Source of the DNA: Squalus acanthias
Lineage: Eukaryota
Reading direction: 5' to 3'
DNA length: 64,000 bases
Assembly (NCBI GenBank): GCA_030390025.1
Contig: CM059432.1
Location: forward strand, 5,456,001-5,520,000
A model generated the notes under the pieces. It searched no databases and had not been told where the DNA came from. It worked only from the letters and a program-made list of their open reading frames with translations. A program made the translations under genes and the position numbers. Numbering within the stretch: position 1 is the stretch's first letter; every line of letters begins with the position of its first letter. Below, piece after piece: positions 24,862-37,447 of this stretch.

Positions 24862-25330
24862 CAGCCGTGGCTCAGTGGGCAGCACCCTCGCCTCTGTGTC
24901 AATGGAAGGTTGTGGGTTCAAGTCCCACCCCAGGGACTTGAGCACAACAATCTAGGCTGACACTCCAGTGCAGGGCTGAGGGAGTGCTGCAGTGTCGGAG
25001 GTGCCGGCTTTCGGATGAGACGTTAAACCGAGGCCCCGTCTGCTCTCTCGGGTGGATGTAAAAGATCCCATGGCCACTATTTCGAAGAAGAGCAGGGGAG
25101 TTCCCCCCGGTGTCCTGGCCAATATTTATTCCTCAATTAACATCACTAAAAAACAGATGATTTGATCATTATCACATTGCTGTTTGTGGGAGCTTGCTGA
25201 GCGCAAATTGTCTGCCACATTTCCTACATTACAACAGTGACTACACTTCAAAAGTACTTAATTGGCTGTAAAGCACTTTGGGACATCCTGAGGTCATGAA
25301 AGGTGCTAAATAAATGCAAGTCTTTCTTTT
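24862..25330 (+). mobile_element. Full-length tRNA-derived Deu-domain-type SINE (family A)
   Basis: A box tggctcagtgg, B box ggttcaagtcc, central gtcctggccaatatttat..tgtttgtgggagcttgctg, and an L2-like 3' tail. Confidence 0.85.
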
Positions 25331-25677
25331 TATTTCTGCCATTTTCATAGTCTTTGTTTTTGTCACTTTAATAATTTCTACAGAAACCAAAATGTAAAGG
25401 TTTCATAAGGACATCAAAAAAATACCTCATCAGATACATTGAAAGGTTTAATGGATGTCTCCTATATTTGCTTTTCGGGCATGTTTTAATAAAGTTAATC
25501 TATATTAAGCACAAGATGCAAGATGTTAATTAGCTACACGTGAGGTTGACTGAAACAAAGGTAACACCAATCATTTCGTGCTGGAACTATCCCAGCAGCT
25601 ATTTAGTCAATAATTCATTATGGTTAATAGCTATTTGAATATTGTAGCTATTAGCAAGCTACATGAACATAATTAAC

Positions 25678-26215
25678 ACAGTTTTGGTCTCCATATTTAA
25701 GGAAGGATATACTTGCCTTAGAGGCGGTGCAACAAAAGTTCATCAGATTGATCTCTGGGATGAGAGGGTTGTCCTATGAGAAGAGATTGAGTGCATTGGA
25801 CCTATACTCTGTGGAGTTTAGAAGAATGAGAGGTGATCTCATTGAAACATATAAGATTCTGAAGGGGATTGACAGGGTAGATGCTGAGAGGCTGTTTTCC
25901 CCTGGCTGGAGAGTCTAGAACTAGGGGGCATAGTCTCAGGATAAGGGGTAGGCCATTTAGGACTGAGATGAGGAGGAATTTCTTCACTCAGGGTTGTGAA
26001 TCTTTGGATTTCTACCCCAAAGGGCTGTGGATGCTGAATCGTTGAGTATACTCAAGGCTGAGATGGATAGATTTTTGGACTCTAGGGGAATTGAGGGATA
26101 TGGGGAGCGGGCGGGAAAATGGAGTTGAGGTCGAAGATCAGCCATGATCTCATTGAATGGCGGAGCAGGCTCGAGGGGCCGGATGGCCGACTCCTGCTCC
26201 TAATTCTTATGTTCT
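25678..26215 (+). mobile_element. CR1 3' fragment
   Basis: EFRRMRGDLIETYKIL, with a (ttcttatg) tail. Confidence 0.85.
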
Positions 26216-26634
26216 CGGATTTATCAATTTAATTATGAGTGAGCTCCTCTTAATATTGAGTTGCAGCATCATTGCAAGAATGAATGTACCTTATGTTGAA
26301 TGTTATTGTAAGTAAAGAAAGAACTTGCATTGATAAAATAAACGTAGCTAAATAGTGCCTCATCTCAGTAATCGAGCAAATTACTCAGTAAAACGGTGCA
26401 CATTAAATTTGAACCCCAGCCATTTATGTAGCAAACAAATCTCTAAAGTTTACTCAATGTGGAGAAATCGAATGTGTAGAAACACACAGACGCACTGGGA
26501 CAAGACTACAATCTGTTACAAGGAAACAAAGGTTTCGACCTCCCTCAACACCACCCCCGCCTCCCCCCATCTCCATTTCAGGTCACTCGTCTACACAGAC
26601 AACTAAGGGAGAACTAAGAACATTTAGGATAGAG

Positions 26635-26950
26635 TAGGCTTCTTCGGCAGCATTTCCCAAACCCGCGATCTCTTCCACCTAGAAGGACAAGGGCAGCAGC
26701 CGCATGGGAACACCACCACCTCCAAGTTCCCCTCCAAGTCACACATCATCCTGACTTGGAAATATATCGGCCATTCCTTCATCGTTGCTGGGTCAAAGTC
26801 CTGGAACTCCCTCCCCTGTGGGAGTACCTTCGGACTGCAGCGGTTCAAGAAGGCGGCTCACCACCACCACCTTCTCAAGGGCAACTAGGGATGGGCAATA
26901 AATGCTGGCCTTGCCAGCGACGCCCACATCCCTTGAATGAATTAAAAAAA
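26635..26950 (+). mobile_element. CR1/L2-group LINE 3' end
   Basis: Homologous to 708-1025. Confidence 0.8.
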
Positions 26951-27473
26951 TAAGTTACAAAATGGGACCAAAAAATTTAGATTTTTTTTGAGCAATGTAA
27001 TTGACATCCAATCAATTGTTATGAAGCCTAAGAGTTAACTTGTACCTCGACCCCACTGTCTTGCAACCTTCAACAGTCCTTATAGTTTATTAATGACATA
27101 CAACCCGTCCCTGTTTTTATTGAATTTACAAAATCTCAAAGCAATATTGTCTAAATGCAGCGTGTGTCTCACTATGCCATGAGGATTAATACTTTGAATA
27201 CATGTTGGATTGTCTTTGGCCAGCTCTAAGCCGGCCGGCATGAATGAATGAATTTGATACCCAGGAATTGAAGTGCTTCTGCTGCCAAACACTTTGGCAG
27301 TCAAGTTAACCGCAGTGGCAAGCGAAGCCTTTTATTCCAGCTTGTGGTTTGGATAGAAGGATGAAGATGAATGGGTAACTTTCCAGCTCCTAAGATTGCC
27401 TTCCAGTAGTTTGTGTGTTGAGCATTTTGAACGACTAAGGCATGTAGCTGCATGTTCCAACTGTCGAGCAGAT

Positions 27474-28679
27474 CAGTGGTTCTCAAACTTTTTTGGTTGA
27501 AGGACCCCTTTTCATAGGAACACAGGAGGAGGCCATTCAGCCCCTCGAGCCTGTTCCACCATTCGATGAGATCATGGCTGATCTGCAACCTAACTCCATA
27601 TACCCGCCTTTGGCCCATATCCCTTAATACCTTTGGTTAACAAAAATCTATCAATCCCAGATTTAAAATTAACAATTGATCTAGTATCAATTGCCGTTTG
27701 CAGAAGCGAGTTCCAAACTTCTACCATCCTTTGTGTGTAGAAGTGTTTCCTAACTTCACTCCTGAAAGGTCTGGCTCTAATTTTTAGACTATGCCCTCCT
27801 AGTCCTAGAATCCCCAACCAGCGGAAATAGTTTCTCTCTATCTACCCAATCTGTTCCTTTTAATATCTTGAAAACTTCGATCTGATCAGCCCTTAACCAT
27901 CTAAATTTCAGGGAATACAACCCTAGCTTGTGTAATCTCTCCTCGTAATTTAACCCTTGAAGTCCGGGTATCAGTCTGGTAAACCTACGCTGCACTCCCT
28001 CCAAGGCCAATATATCCTTCCTAAGGTGTGATGCCCAGAACTGCTCACAGTGCTCCAGGTGTGGTCTAACCAGGGCTTTGTACAGCTGTAGCTTAACTTC
28101 TTCACCCTTCTATTCTAGTCCTCTAGATATAAAGGCCAGCATCCCATTAGCCTTTTTCATTATTTTCTGTGCCTGTTCATGACATTTTCAAATGGATTAG
28201 TAATCACAGATCCCCCATCTAAATTATAATACTCATAATATGAAAGTGCTGCATGTAAAGAGTGTTTTAATAATGCTTTTAAGAAAACAGGTATTTACTT
28301 ACAGATATCAGTGAGGTGGGTGCGCCTGCTTCTCGCTGCAGAGTCTGTCTATCCTTGGTGTGATTTTTTCTCTCCAGGTGAGGGAGGGAAAGTGTCCCTA
28401 AAATAGGGGATCAGCAGATAGTCCGAGCGAGCGGTCACAGGGCAGTTCCACCAGCTCCTCGCCTGGCGATCTTCGTGCCGCTCTCAGCGCTCCTCCATGT
28501 GCGCTCCCCTCCTGGTTGCGACAGCCAGCCCGCTCTGCGCTGCACACGTGGCGGCTGCACTCCGCTCCCAGCTCGCACCAAGCCCACCTTCGGCCGCACT
28601 TTCACCTTATTTCGCGGACCCCTTGGAAAGTCTCTTCAGACCCACCAGGGGTTCGCGGACCCCAGTTTGAGAACCACTG
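27474..28679. mobile_element. hAT (Charlie-like) non-autonomous transposon containing a CR1 (~27513-28185, -)
   Basis: Perfect 16-bp TIRs cagtggttctcaaact / agtttgagaaccactg, with 8-bp flanks gagcagat / aagtagat. Confidence 0.85.
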
Positions 28680-28901
28680 AAGTAGATCATATTGTCGTTG
28701 CCACATACTTTTTCTGTACATCCAGTAAAGCCAACTTATTGTTTAATTGTTCAGTATAATAAATAACACAACAAATAAGGACTAGGATGTCCTTGAAAAG
28801 GCAATAAGATGGGATTTGTTCCCCTTTTTTCCAATGAATGTTTGTTCTCTTTAAGTTTAAGGATGTTAGTCCTGGAAAATAGAATACTTTTCTCATATCT
28901 A

Positions 28902-29764
28902 GGGGGAAAAATTTGGTTGCTTTGTGCCTCCCGTTAGCGCCCTAAGAGGTCGCTAATGGGGCGCAAAGCAACTAGCGCCCAGGCGCGGCGATGTTTGCGC
29001 CGCTCGCGAAATTGACCAGACATTTTGTGGTGGCACTAAACACTACCGTCACGATCTCCTGCGCCCGCAGATCGTGATGTCAGTTGAGCGTGCAATGCCC
29101 CGGACCAGATATTGAGTGGCGCCCCCTGCCTTTCCGCCTGCCGCTAGCAACAACAGGTTGAGGGGAACGTTTTGCAGTCGGGAAGGGACTGAGGGAGCGC
29201 TATTTAAAGGCGACTGCTTCCTGCCTTTTTTTGTCGGCGACATTTTTGTACCACGCATTCTGAGAGAGAGAGAGAGACTTCAATGCTGTGTGAAGGAGTT
29301 TTGGGTACTGAGCAGCACTTTGCAGGTTCATTTTGATTTGACCTTCCTTGCATCGATTTAGAAGAGACTATGGGGGCTGCACTCTGAGCTCTTTCCCTGG
29401 GCCTTTCCATTGTTCTTTCCAGCAGATTTGATGTACAGGTCTCTCCAGGCCGAGATTCAAGGCTGCAGTGAGCAGAGTGTGGATGTAGAGCAAGATCGAC
29501 CCTCTCCTTTAAGAACTGCCAGTGTGTCTGTGTTCCATTGCTGACTGATATCACATGAGCTTCGCCAGCGCTCTGAGGTAGTGCCTCGCTCCTCGGCGTT
29601 AGCGCCTTAAGAGAAGTGTGTAGCGCCTGATTTAGCGCTCCAATCACCTCCGGGGGCGATAGAAGCCAAGTTTGCAGTCGGAGGCGATAATTAGCGCCAG
29701 GCGCTAAACTTTGTGCCCGGCCGATAATTGCGCCCCAAACGGGACGATACCGAATTTCTCCCCC
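28902..29764. mobile_element. Harbinger-type non-autonomous element
   Basis: TIRs gggggaaaaatt / aatttctccccc with CTA TSD. Reverse-complement copy of 14080-14953. Confidence 0.85.
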
Positions 29765-29834
29765 CTAGTACCCACTGTCGGCATCAAAATGTCCCAGGTC
29801 AAACAACGCAATGGGTTCAGGTTCTATTCCTTTC

Positions 29835-30340
29835 TCTGCCATATTATAAAAAGGATAGAGAGGCACTGGAGAGGGTGCAGAGAAGATTTACAAGGATGAT
29901 ACCAGAAATGCGAGGGTATACCGATCAGGAAAGGATGAACAGGCTGGGTCTCTTGGAAAAAAAAAGGCTGAGGGGTGACCTAATAGAGGTCTTTAAAATT
30001 ATGAAAAGATTTGATGGAGTGGATACACTTGTGGGGAAGAGCATAACTAGAGGCCATCAATATAAGATAGTCACCAAGAAATCCAATAGGGAATTCAGAA
30101 GAAACTTCTTTACCCAAAGAGTGGTGAGAATGTGGAACTCGTTACCACAGGGAGTGGTTGAAGCGAATAGTATGGATGCATTTAAGGGGAGGCAGGACAA
30201 GCATATGAGGGAGAAGGGAATAGCGGGTTATGTTGATAGATTTAGATGAGGAAAGACGGGAGGAGGCTCGTGTGGAGCATAAACGCCGGCATGGACTGGT
30301 TGCGCTGAATGGCCTGTTTCTGTGCTGTATATCCCATGTA
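29835..30340 (+). mobile_element. CR1 3' fragment
   Basis: PYYKKDREALERVQRRFTRMIP..WNSLPQGVV. Confidence 0.85.
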
Positions 30341-30439
30341 ATCCTATATCCTAAGAATGACACTGCCAATTCAACTGAGTTCAAATCCCACCACGGTAGT
30401 TTAAGAATCTGAATTCAGTTTCTAAAATCTGGAACTAAT

Positions 30440-31340
30440 GGGCCTAATATTTGGGGGGGGGAAACCCAGAAATCCCCGGGGACATGGAGATCGTGCCGAA
30501 TTTAACGGCAGCACCTCGTTCTCATTTTTTTACTCCGTTTCCCCTCCCGGCAGCCAGCCAGATTGACAGGCGAGCGGGAAAACCAACGGTAAGAGGCAGG
30601 AGCTGGGAACCGTTGGAGACGGTCAATCCCGGCCAATCGGGAAAGATCGGGGCTTGAAGGCAGTGGGAGGGGGTGGGGAGGGTGGAGGGCAGGTTCAGAG
30701 CCTGGAAATTGGGAGGGAGGGAAAGATCGGGGGTCGGGATCGGAGGTTGGAGAGGGGGGTTGGAGCCTGGCAATCGGGAGAGAGGGAGGGAAAGATCGGG
30801 AGTTGGAGGGGGGATTGGGACCACCCAATAGCGGGGCAGGCTGGAGATCGGGCGTTGGTGGGGGGGGGGTGGGGAAGGGGTCGGCCGATCGCAGCAGTGA
30901 GGAGTGGCCGCAATTGGCAAGAGGGCGGCCGAAGGTTTGCTTCAGGGGCCTGGGGGGGGGGTGTGGGGTAAGGGGGGAGCACTCCTGCTCCTCCTGGCCC
31001 ACAAGGAGTGCTCTAAAAAGCACTTGCCCGCCGGATCCGGCTGCTCCCGTCTCCATTCCACTGCCGGGTTTCCCGAGCCCTGGGAAACTCAGCCAGCAAC
31101 CGCTCAATTTAAATCAGGCTCCCAACAGCACTGCGGGAGCCTGATTTAAATATTATAATGAAGTATCCCGCCTCTTGAGAGTGGGAAACACACACGCCCG
31201 CCGCGCAACCCGCCGCCATAAAAATGGCGGCAGACGCGTACATGGCAGGTTGGGGCCGCGTTCCCTGATTTTTAATTTTTAACCCCAGCCCTCCCCCCGG
31301 ACCCTCTCCCGCCCATCGTGGGGGGTTAATATCGACCCCA
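30440..31340. mobile_element. GC-rich MITE (same family as 6327-7169)
   Basis: Ends gggcctaatattt / ttaatatcgacccc, with the shared internal ctcctgctcctcc.ggcccacaagg. Confidence 0.6.
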
Positions 31341-31739
31341 ACGTTTCCTATATTACAACAGGTGACTACCCTTTAAAAAGTACTTCATTGGCCTCATTGG
31401 CACTTTGGGACATCTTGAGGGTGTGAAAAGCGCTACACAAATGCAAGTTGTTACTTTATTTCATTCAAGGCAATTAGGATGTGTCCTCTGGTTACCAACC
31501 AGATTTTTTTTTTTTTCTTCCGGTTTTGTTTCAGTAACATTTGGATAAAGATGTTCAGAGAATGTACTGCTTTTGTTAAAAGGTGAATATGAGCTGTCAT
31601 GTTTGATGAGAAGATAAGAAAGCAGGAGTCGGCATTACGGCCCTTCGAGCCTGCTCCGCCATTCAATAAGATCAAGGCTGATCTTTGACCTCAACTCCAC
31701 CTTCCTGCACTGTCCCCATATCCCTGGATTCCCTTGCTG

Positions 31740-32490
31740 TTTATTTATTTGGTTAGTCCACACTTGGAGCACTGTGCACAGTTCTGGTCTCCATATTGCA
31801 GAAAGAATTTAGAGGCATTGAAGAAGGTGCAAAAAAGATTCACAAGGATGATACCAGAACTGAGAGGATATACCGATCAGGAAAGGCTGAATGGGGCTGG
31901 GGCTCTTTTATCATAGAATCACAGAAATTTACGACACAGAAGGATGCCATTCGGCCCATTGTGTCTGTGCCGGCCGAAAAAGAGCTCTCCAGCCTAATCC
32001 CACTTTCCAGCTCTTGGTCCGTAGCCCTGTAGGTTACGGCACTTCAAGTGCATATCCAAGTACTTTTTTGAATGTGATTTAAATTTTCTCCAGACAAGAG
32101 AAGGCTGAGGGGTGACCTGATAGATGTCTTTAAGATAATGAAAGGGTTTGATTGGGCAGACGTAGAGAAGATGTTTCCACTTGTGGTGTGGGCGAGACCA
32201 GAACTAGGGGCCGTAAATTGAAGATAATCACTAATTAATCCAAGAGGGAATTCAGGAGAAACTTCTTTATTCAGAGAGTGGTGAGAATGTGGAACTTGCT
32301 ACCACAGGGAGTGGTTGAAGCAAATAGCACAGATGCGTTTGAGGGGAAGCTGGATAAACTCATGAAGGAAAAAGGAATAGAAGGATGTGCTGATAGGGTG
32401 AGATGAAGAAGGATGGGGGGGAGGAGGCTCATGTGCAGCACAAGCACGGTCATAGTTGGGGCCGAATGGCCGGTCTCTGTGTTGTAGACT
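31740..32490 (+). mobile_element. CR1 3' fragment with a small inverted insertion
   Basis: PHLEHCAQFWSPY..; an opposite-strand CR1 tail lies at about 31910-32080. Confidence 0.75.
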
Positions 32491-32494
32491 CTCT

Positions 32495-34740
32495 GGGCTG
32501 GGTTTTTCCAACTTTAGCGGGTCCGGGGCGGGCGACGTCGGTGGCGTGTGGGGATCTCGCATCTGTGTCGATCCTGGCCTCCAACAAGATATTCCGACGA
32601 TGGGGCTTGTTAAACCCGCCCCTGCAAGGTTCCCGGCCAATTAATAGGAAGCGGGTCTGATGACGTCATTTGGTGACGCGTCATCAGCCAGTTTCCTTAA
32701 AGGGGCCATGCCCAAATTGATTTTCACAGTTCTGCTGTCAGTGTTCTGCAGCATTGAGGTGCTGCAAACACTGATAAGCACTGTACCTCTTCTGTCCATT
32801 TAATATCGAGGTAGTTGAAATCCCCCATGATTATTATTCTGTTTTTTACTCATTTCCCTAATTTATCTGCATATTTCTTCCTCCACCTCCCTTCCACTAT
32901 TAGGTGGTCTGTAGACTACGCCTATTAGTGTGATTGATCCTTTATTATCTTTTATCTCTATCCATATGGATTCTATTTTTGTCTTGCTGATAGCTGCGTC
33001 ACTTTTTTCTACTGCCATTATGTTATCCCTAATAAGTACAGCTACTCCACCTCCCCTTTTTCCTTCTCTATCTTTTCTAGATATGTTATACCCTGCAATG
33101 TTTAATTCCCAGTCCTGATTTTTCTGTAGCCATGTCTCAGTAATCCCTACTATGTCTGGTTCCTCACAACATATGATTGCCTCCAGCTCCCCTGTTTTAT
33201 TACAGACACTGTGTGCATTGCTGTACAGACAGTTTAACTCATTTTTAATAGTATTTCCTCTCACTTTATGTTTAACCATCTTTTTAGACTCCTATTCTAT
33301 AACTCTATTTATTCCCTCCCTTACTTTATTCTTTCCTATGCTTTCTTTTTTTGTTCTTGGACAGATTTGTGTGCACCTTTGAAAGTGTCTTAGTGAGTTG
33401 CAGTGAATGGTGAGACATAACGTCACCCCCCCCCCCCCCCCCACCCACCAATGGTGATGAGGGTGAAAGGAATGACATTGCAGGGATGCTTTATGGTGCT
33501 GGTGTGGGGTGGTGCCAACCTGGCGCATCATGTGGCAGCCAGGGTGTACAGTGTTAAGTGAAGTTAATCTGGACATGGTGAGTCCATCCCTGGCCTTCCG
33601 GCCAGCAATGTGCACGGGTGGTGATGCCCTGTGTCCAGTGCAGCATCAGTTGATTGCGGAGAAGGTTGGTGTGGATGTTGGTGCTGCTGGTGTGCCCGGT
33701 GATGCTGGTGTTGGGGCTGATCATGGTGGGATTCTGAGGACCAAGGTGAGATTTTTTCAAGGGCACCGATGCTGATGGAATAGATGGCAGGTGAGGTTGA
33801 GAGGACAGAAGCGATCTGTCAATGTTGAGGTAGCTTGTTCCAAGGAGGTGACAGTGGATAGAGAGATTACTCCAAACACTTCAAAAGTGCATAAAGCTCA
33901 AAAGTGGGTTCCAAATACTGAAGGCTGAAGCTTCTGAGATTGGAAAGTGACCAGCTGTAAAATGGCAGATTTTAAACCACTTTTGCAGCTGTGACTTTAT
34001 GAAACAAATGGAGATTTGTTCAGAACCCGACATACTGACCTGGCGTGATCCCCGAGTGATGGGAAACTCGAGGAAAACTTGGGAAAATGCTTTGGACGTG
34101 GGAAAATGTTGATTCAATTGCTTTAGCTACCCGGCTAACTATCAGAATTGCCTGATCCGCCATTTAAGAACATAAAAAATAGGAGCAGGAGTCGGCCACA
34201 CGGCCCCTCGAGCCTGCTTCGACATTCAATAAGATCATGGCTGATCATCGACCTCAATTCCACTTTCCCGCCCGATCCCCATATCCCTCGATTCCCCTAG
34301 AGTCCAAAAATCTATCGATCTCAGCCTTGAATATACTCAACGACTGAGCATCCACAGCCCTCTGGGGAAGAGAATTCCAAAGATTCACAACCCTCTGAGT
34401 GAAGAAATTCCTCCTCATCTTCAATGGCCGACCCCTTATCCTGAGTCTATGCCCCCTAGCTCTAGACTCTCCAGCCAGAGGGAAACAGCCTCTCAGCATC
34501 TACCCTGTCAATCCCCTTCAGAGTCTTGTATGTTTCAATGAGACCACCTCTCATTCTTCTAAACTCCGAGAATATAGGCCCATCCTACACAATCTCTCCT
34601 CATAGGACAGTCCTCTCAGCCCAGGATCCGCAACACGCGGGCCGAGCCGACCCTGGAGAAACTCACAAGGAGGCGGGTTCAGAGCGGGACGACGGACCCC
34701 CCTCCAAACCCGTCGTCTGAGCGCTGGCAAAATTCAGCCC
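32495..34740. mobile_element. Putative Harbinger-derived element with nested CR1 pieces
   Basis: Ends gggctgggtttttcca / tggcaaaattcagccc. Internal CR1 APE fragment (~32785-33340, -; NAHSV.NK..DIVGITETWL..GGGVA..GVVYRPP) and CR1 3' end (~34165-34622, -). Confidence 0.55.
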
Positions 34741-35061
34741 CTCGATGTAACTATGTATTTAAGCCCCATTAAAGACATACTAAAACTTTATTTCGATGCT
34801 GGCAACTAAATAAGAATTCAGTGCAGAATGATTTTTTATGCCAAGGAGTGGGATAGGCTAGAATTGTTTTTAAATAGAGCGTTACATTGAAATGTGATTT
34901 TTGGAAGATGTAAATATATCAGTGGTTGAAATTGGATTTAAAAAAATGTTTCCATTTAATGAAACGTACCTCCAGACTGCTTAACTGGGCAGAGTTTGTG
35001 AAGCCATTAAAGTTCAATCAACTTTACAGCACTTCACAATGAACTATTGATACCATTTGCA

Positions 35062-36320
35062 CAAAGCATTTTAAAACCCTCTTTTATATCAACAGATTTT
35101 TTTTTTGGTTAACTAATTAAAGAGCAGGGCAGTTTTACCCAGTATCCTGTCCAGCATTGAGGCAGCTGTGGCTCAGTGGGTAGCACCCTCGTCTCTGAGT
35201 CAGAAGGTTGTGGGTTCAAATCCCACTCCATAAGATTTGAGTATAAAAATCTAGGCTGACACTCCCAGTGCAGTGCTGAGGGAGCGCTGCACTGTCAGAG
35301 GTGCCGTCTTTTGGATGAGACGTTAAATCGAGATCTCTGCCTGCTCTCTCAGATGGACATAAAAGAGTCTGCCTCCACCACCCTGTCAGGCAGTGCATTC
35401 CAGATCCTAACCACTCGCTGCTTAAAAATGGTTTTTTTCACGTCGCCTTTGGTTCTTTTGCCAATCACCTTAAATCTGTGTCCCTGGTTCTCAACCCTTC
35501 CGCCAATGGGAACAGTTTCTCTCTATCTACTGTGTCCAGACCCCTCATGATTTTGAACACCGGGGAACAGCTCCACCAATGTATTTTGTAGGTACGTCAA
35601 AAGCAGCTCCAAAGGGCAGTTAAGAGTCAACCACGTTGCTGTGGGTCTGGAGTCACATATCGGCCAGACCGGGTAAGGGCGGCAGATTTCCTTCCCTAAG
35701 TGAACCAGATAGGATTATTACAAGCAATCCAGTAGTTACACTGAGTCACCATTACTGATACTCGCTTTTGGTTTTTAAATGCCAGATTTGTTGAATTAAC
35801 TGAATTTAAATTCCCCAGCTGCTAGGGGGCGGGTGTGGGGATTTGAACTCATGTCCCATCAGAACATTAGTCCTTGGATTACTAGTCCAGTAACATAATC
35901 GCTATGCAACCATTCAGACTGGCGTTGGCTGCTGGTTACTTGGATTGCCTGAAAGGGTGGTGGAGGCAGACTCTTTTATGTCCACCTGAGAGAGCAAGCA
36001 GAGATCTCGATTTAACGTCTCATCCAAAAGACAGTGCCTCTGACAGTGCAGCACTCCCTCAGCAGGGAGTGTCAGCCTAGATTTTTATGCTCAAATCTTA
36101 GGGAGCGGGATTTGAACCCACAACCTTCTGACTCAGAGGCAAGGGTGCTACCCACGGAGCCACAGCTGATGCAATGCTGGACAGGATACTGGGTAAAACT
36201 GCCCTGCTCTTTAATTAGTTAACCAAAAAAAAAATCTGTTGATATAAAAGAGGGTTTTAAAATGCTTTGGAGCTGCTTTTTTGACGTACCTACAAAATAC
36301 ATCGGTGGAGCTGTCCCCTG
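35062..36320. repeat. Local inverted duplication (35062-35392 / 35946-36269 and 35561-35614 / 36265-36320)
   Basis: Reverse-complement identity extends through unique flank, a SINE and a SINE/CR1 junction. Confidence 0.9.
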
Positions 36321-36780
36321 GTTTGTCGGGAAACGGGGATTTTACACCATGTTACTGGAATAGAGATGGAAGAGTTAATTTATATTGCAAGTAACCTTCA
36401 CTCCCCCCCCCCCACTCTATTCTTGTTCTTTAACACTTTAACACCATTAAGATTCCACTCTACACTTAAGAGGATTATCAATGCATTTTATTTTCCATAG
36501 CCTTGTCAGAAAGGTCACACATTCTTAGATAAATTTAGTGATGGCATTTGCTGTGCAAAAGAAATGATAAATCACCTTTATATATGTCTCTATAAAAAGC
36601 ACTGCTCTATTCAACCTGACTTACTAAAGAAATTGGTGCTGTTTGTCACTTTAAATGATGTCCAGTCTTGGCTATGAAAGGCATCTTTAAGTTTAGTTTG
36701 TGTTACATTTTTCACACTGATGAAAAGGAACAGTTCTATCTGAAAATTCAAAAATTTCAAAAACCATAAAGGCTTCATGT

Positions 36781-37235
36781 CAGCCGTGGCTCAGTTGGTA
36801 GCACTCTCACCGCAGAGTCGGAAGGTTGTGGGTTCAAGTCCCACTCCAGAGACTTAGAGCGTGAAAATCTAGGCTGACACTCCAGTGCAGGGCTGAGGGA
36901 GCGCTGCACTGTCAGAGGTGCCGCCTTTCAGATGAGACGTTAAACCGAGGCCCCGTCTGCTCTCTCAGGTGGATGTAAAAAATCTCACGCCACTATTATA
37001 AGAAGAGCAGGTGAGTTCTCCCCGGTGTCCTGGCCAATATTTATCCCTCAATCAACATCAATACAACAGATTATCTGGTCATTATCACATTGCTGTTTGT
37101 GGGAACTTGCTGTGCACAAACTGGCTGCCGCGTTTCCCACATTACAACAGTGACTACACTTCATTGGCTGTAAAGCACTTTGGGACATCCTGAGGTTGTG
37201 AAAGGCGCTATAGAAATGAAATTTTTTTACTTTCT
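36781..37235 (+). mobile_element. Deu-type SINE (family A)
   Basis: Same organisation as 24862-25330. Confidence 0.85.
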
Positions 37236-37372
37236 TTCATTCAAGGTAATTAGCATGGCACAGCGGTGGAGCACATGGGGATTGGAACACATTTTTTCTT
37301 CTCTCTCTTTCTTTCTCTCTTTCTTTCTTTCTTTTTCTCTTTGAATAAACTGTCTTTTTTTTTTACCTCTAG

Positions 37373-37447
37373 GTCCTTTTGCCGCCCTATGAGGAGGCTG
37401 TGATGATGCCTACAAAAGATCCACCTCCACCTTATATGTCCGCTTAA
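37373..37447 (+). CDS. LAPTM4B: LAPTM4B terminal coding exon (VLLPPYEEAVMMPTKDPPPPYMSA*)
   Basis: Long pyrimidine tract ending cctctAG. Two PY motifs (LPPY, PPPY) and a TAA stop at 37445-37447. Confidence 0.95.
   Translation, partial: VLLPPYEEAVMMPTKDPPPPYMSA

Noticed and set aside
24862..24935. tRNA-like sequences with A and B boxes
   Set aside because: These are SINE heads continuing directly into SINE bodies, not tRNA genes.
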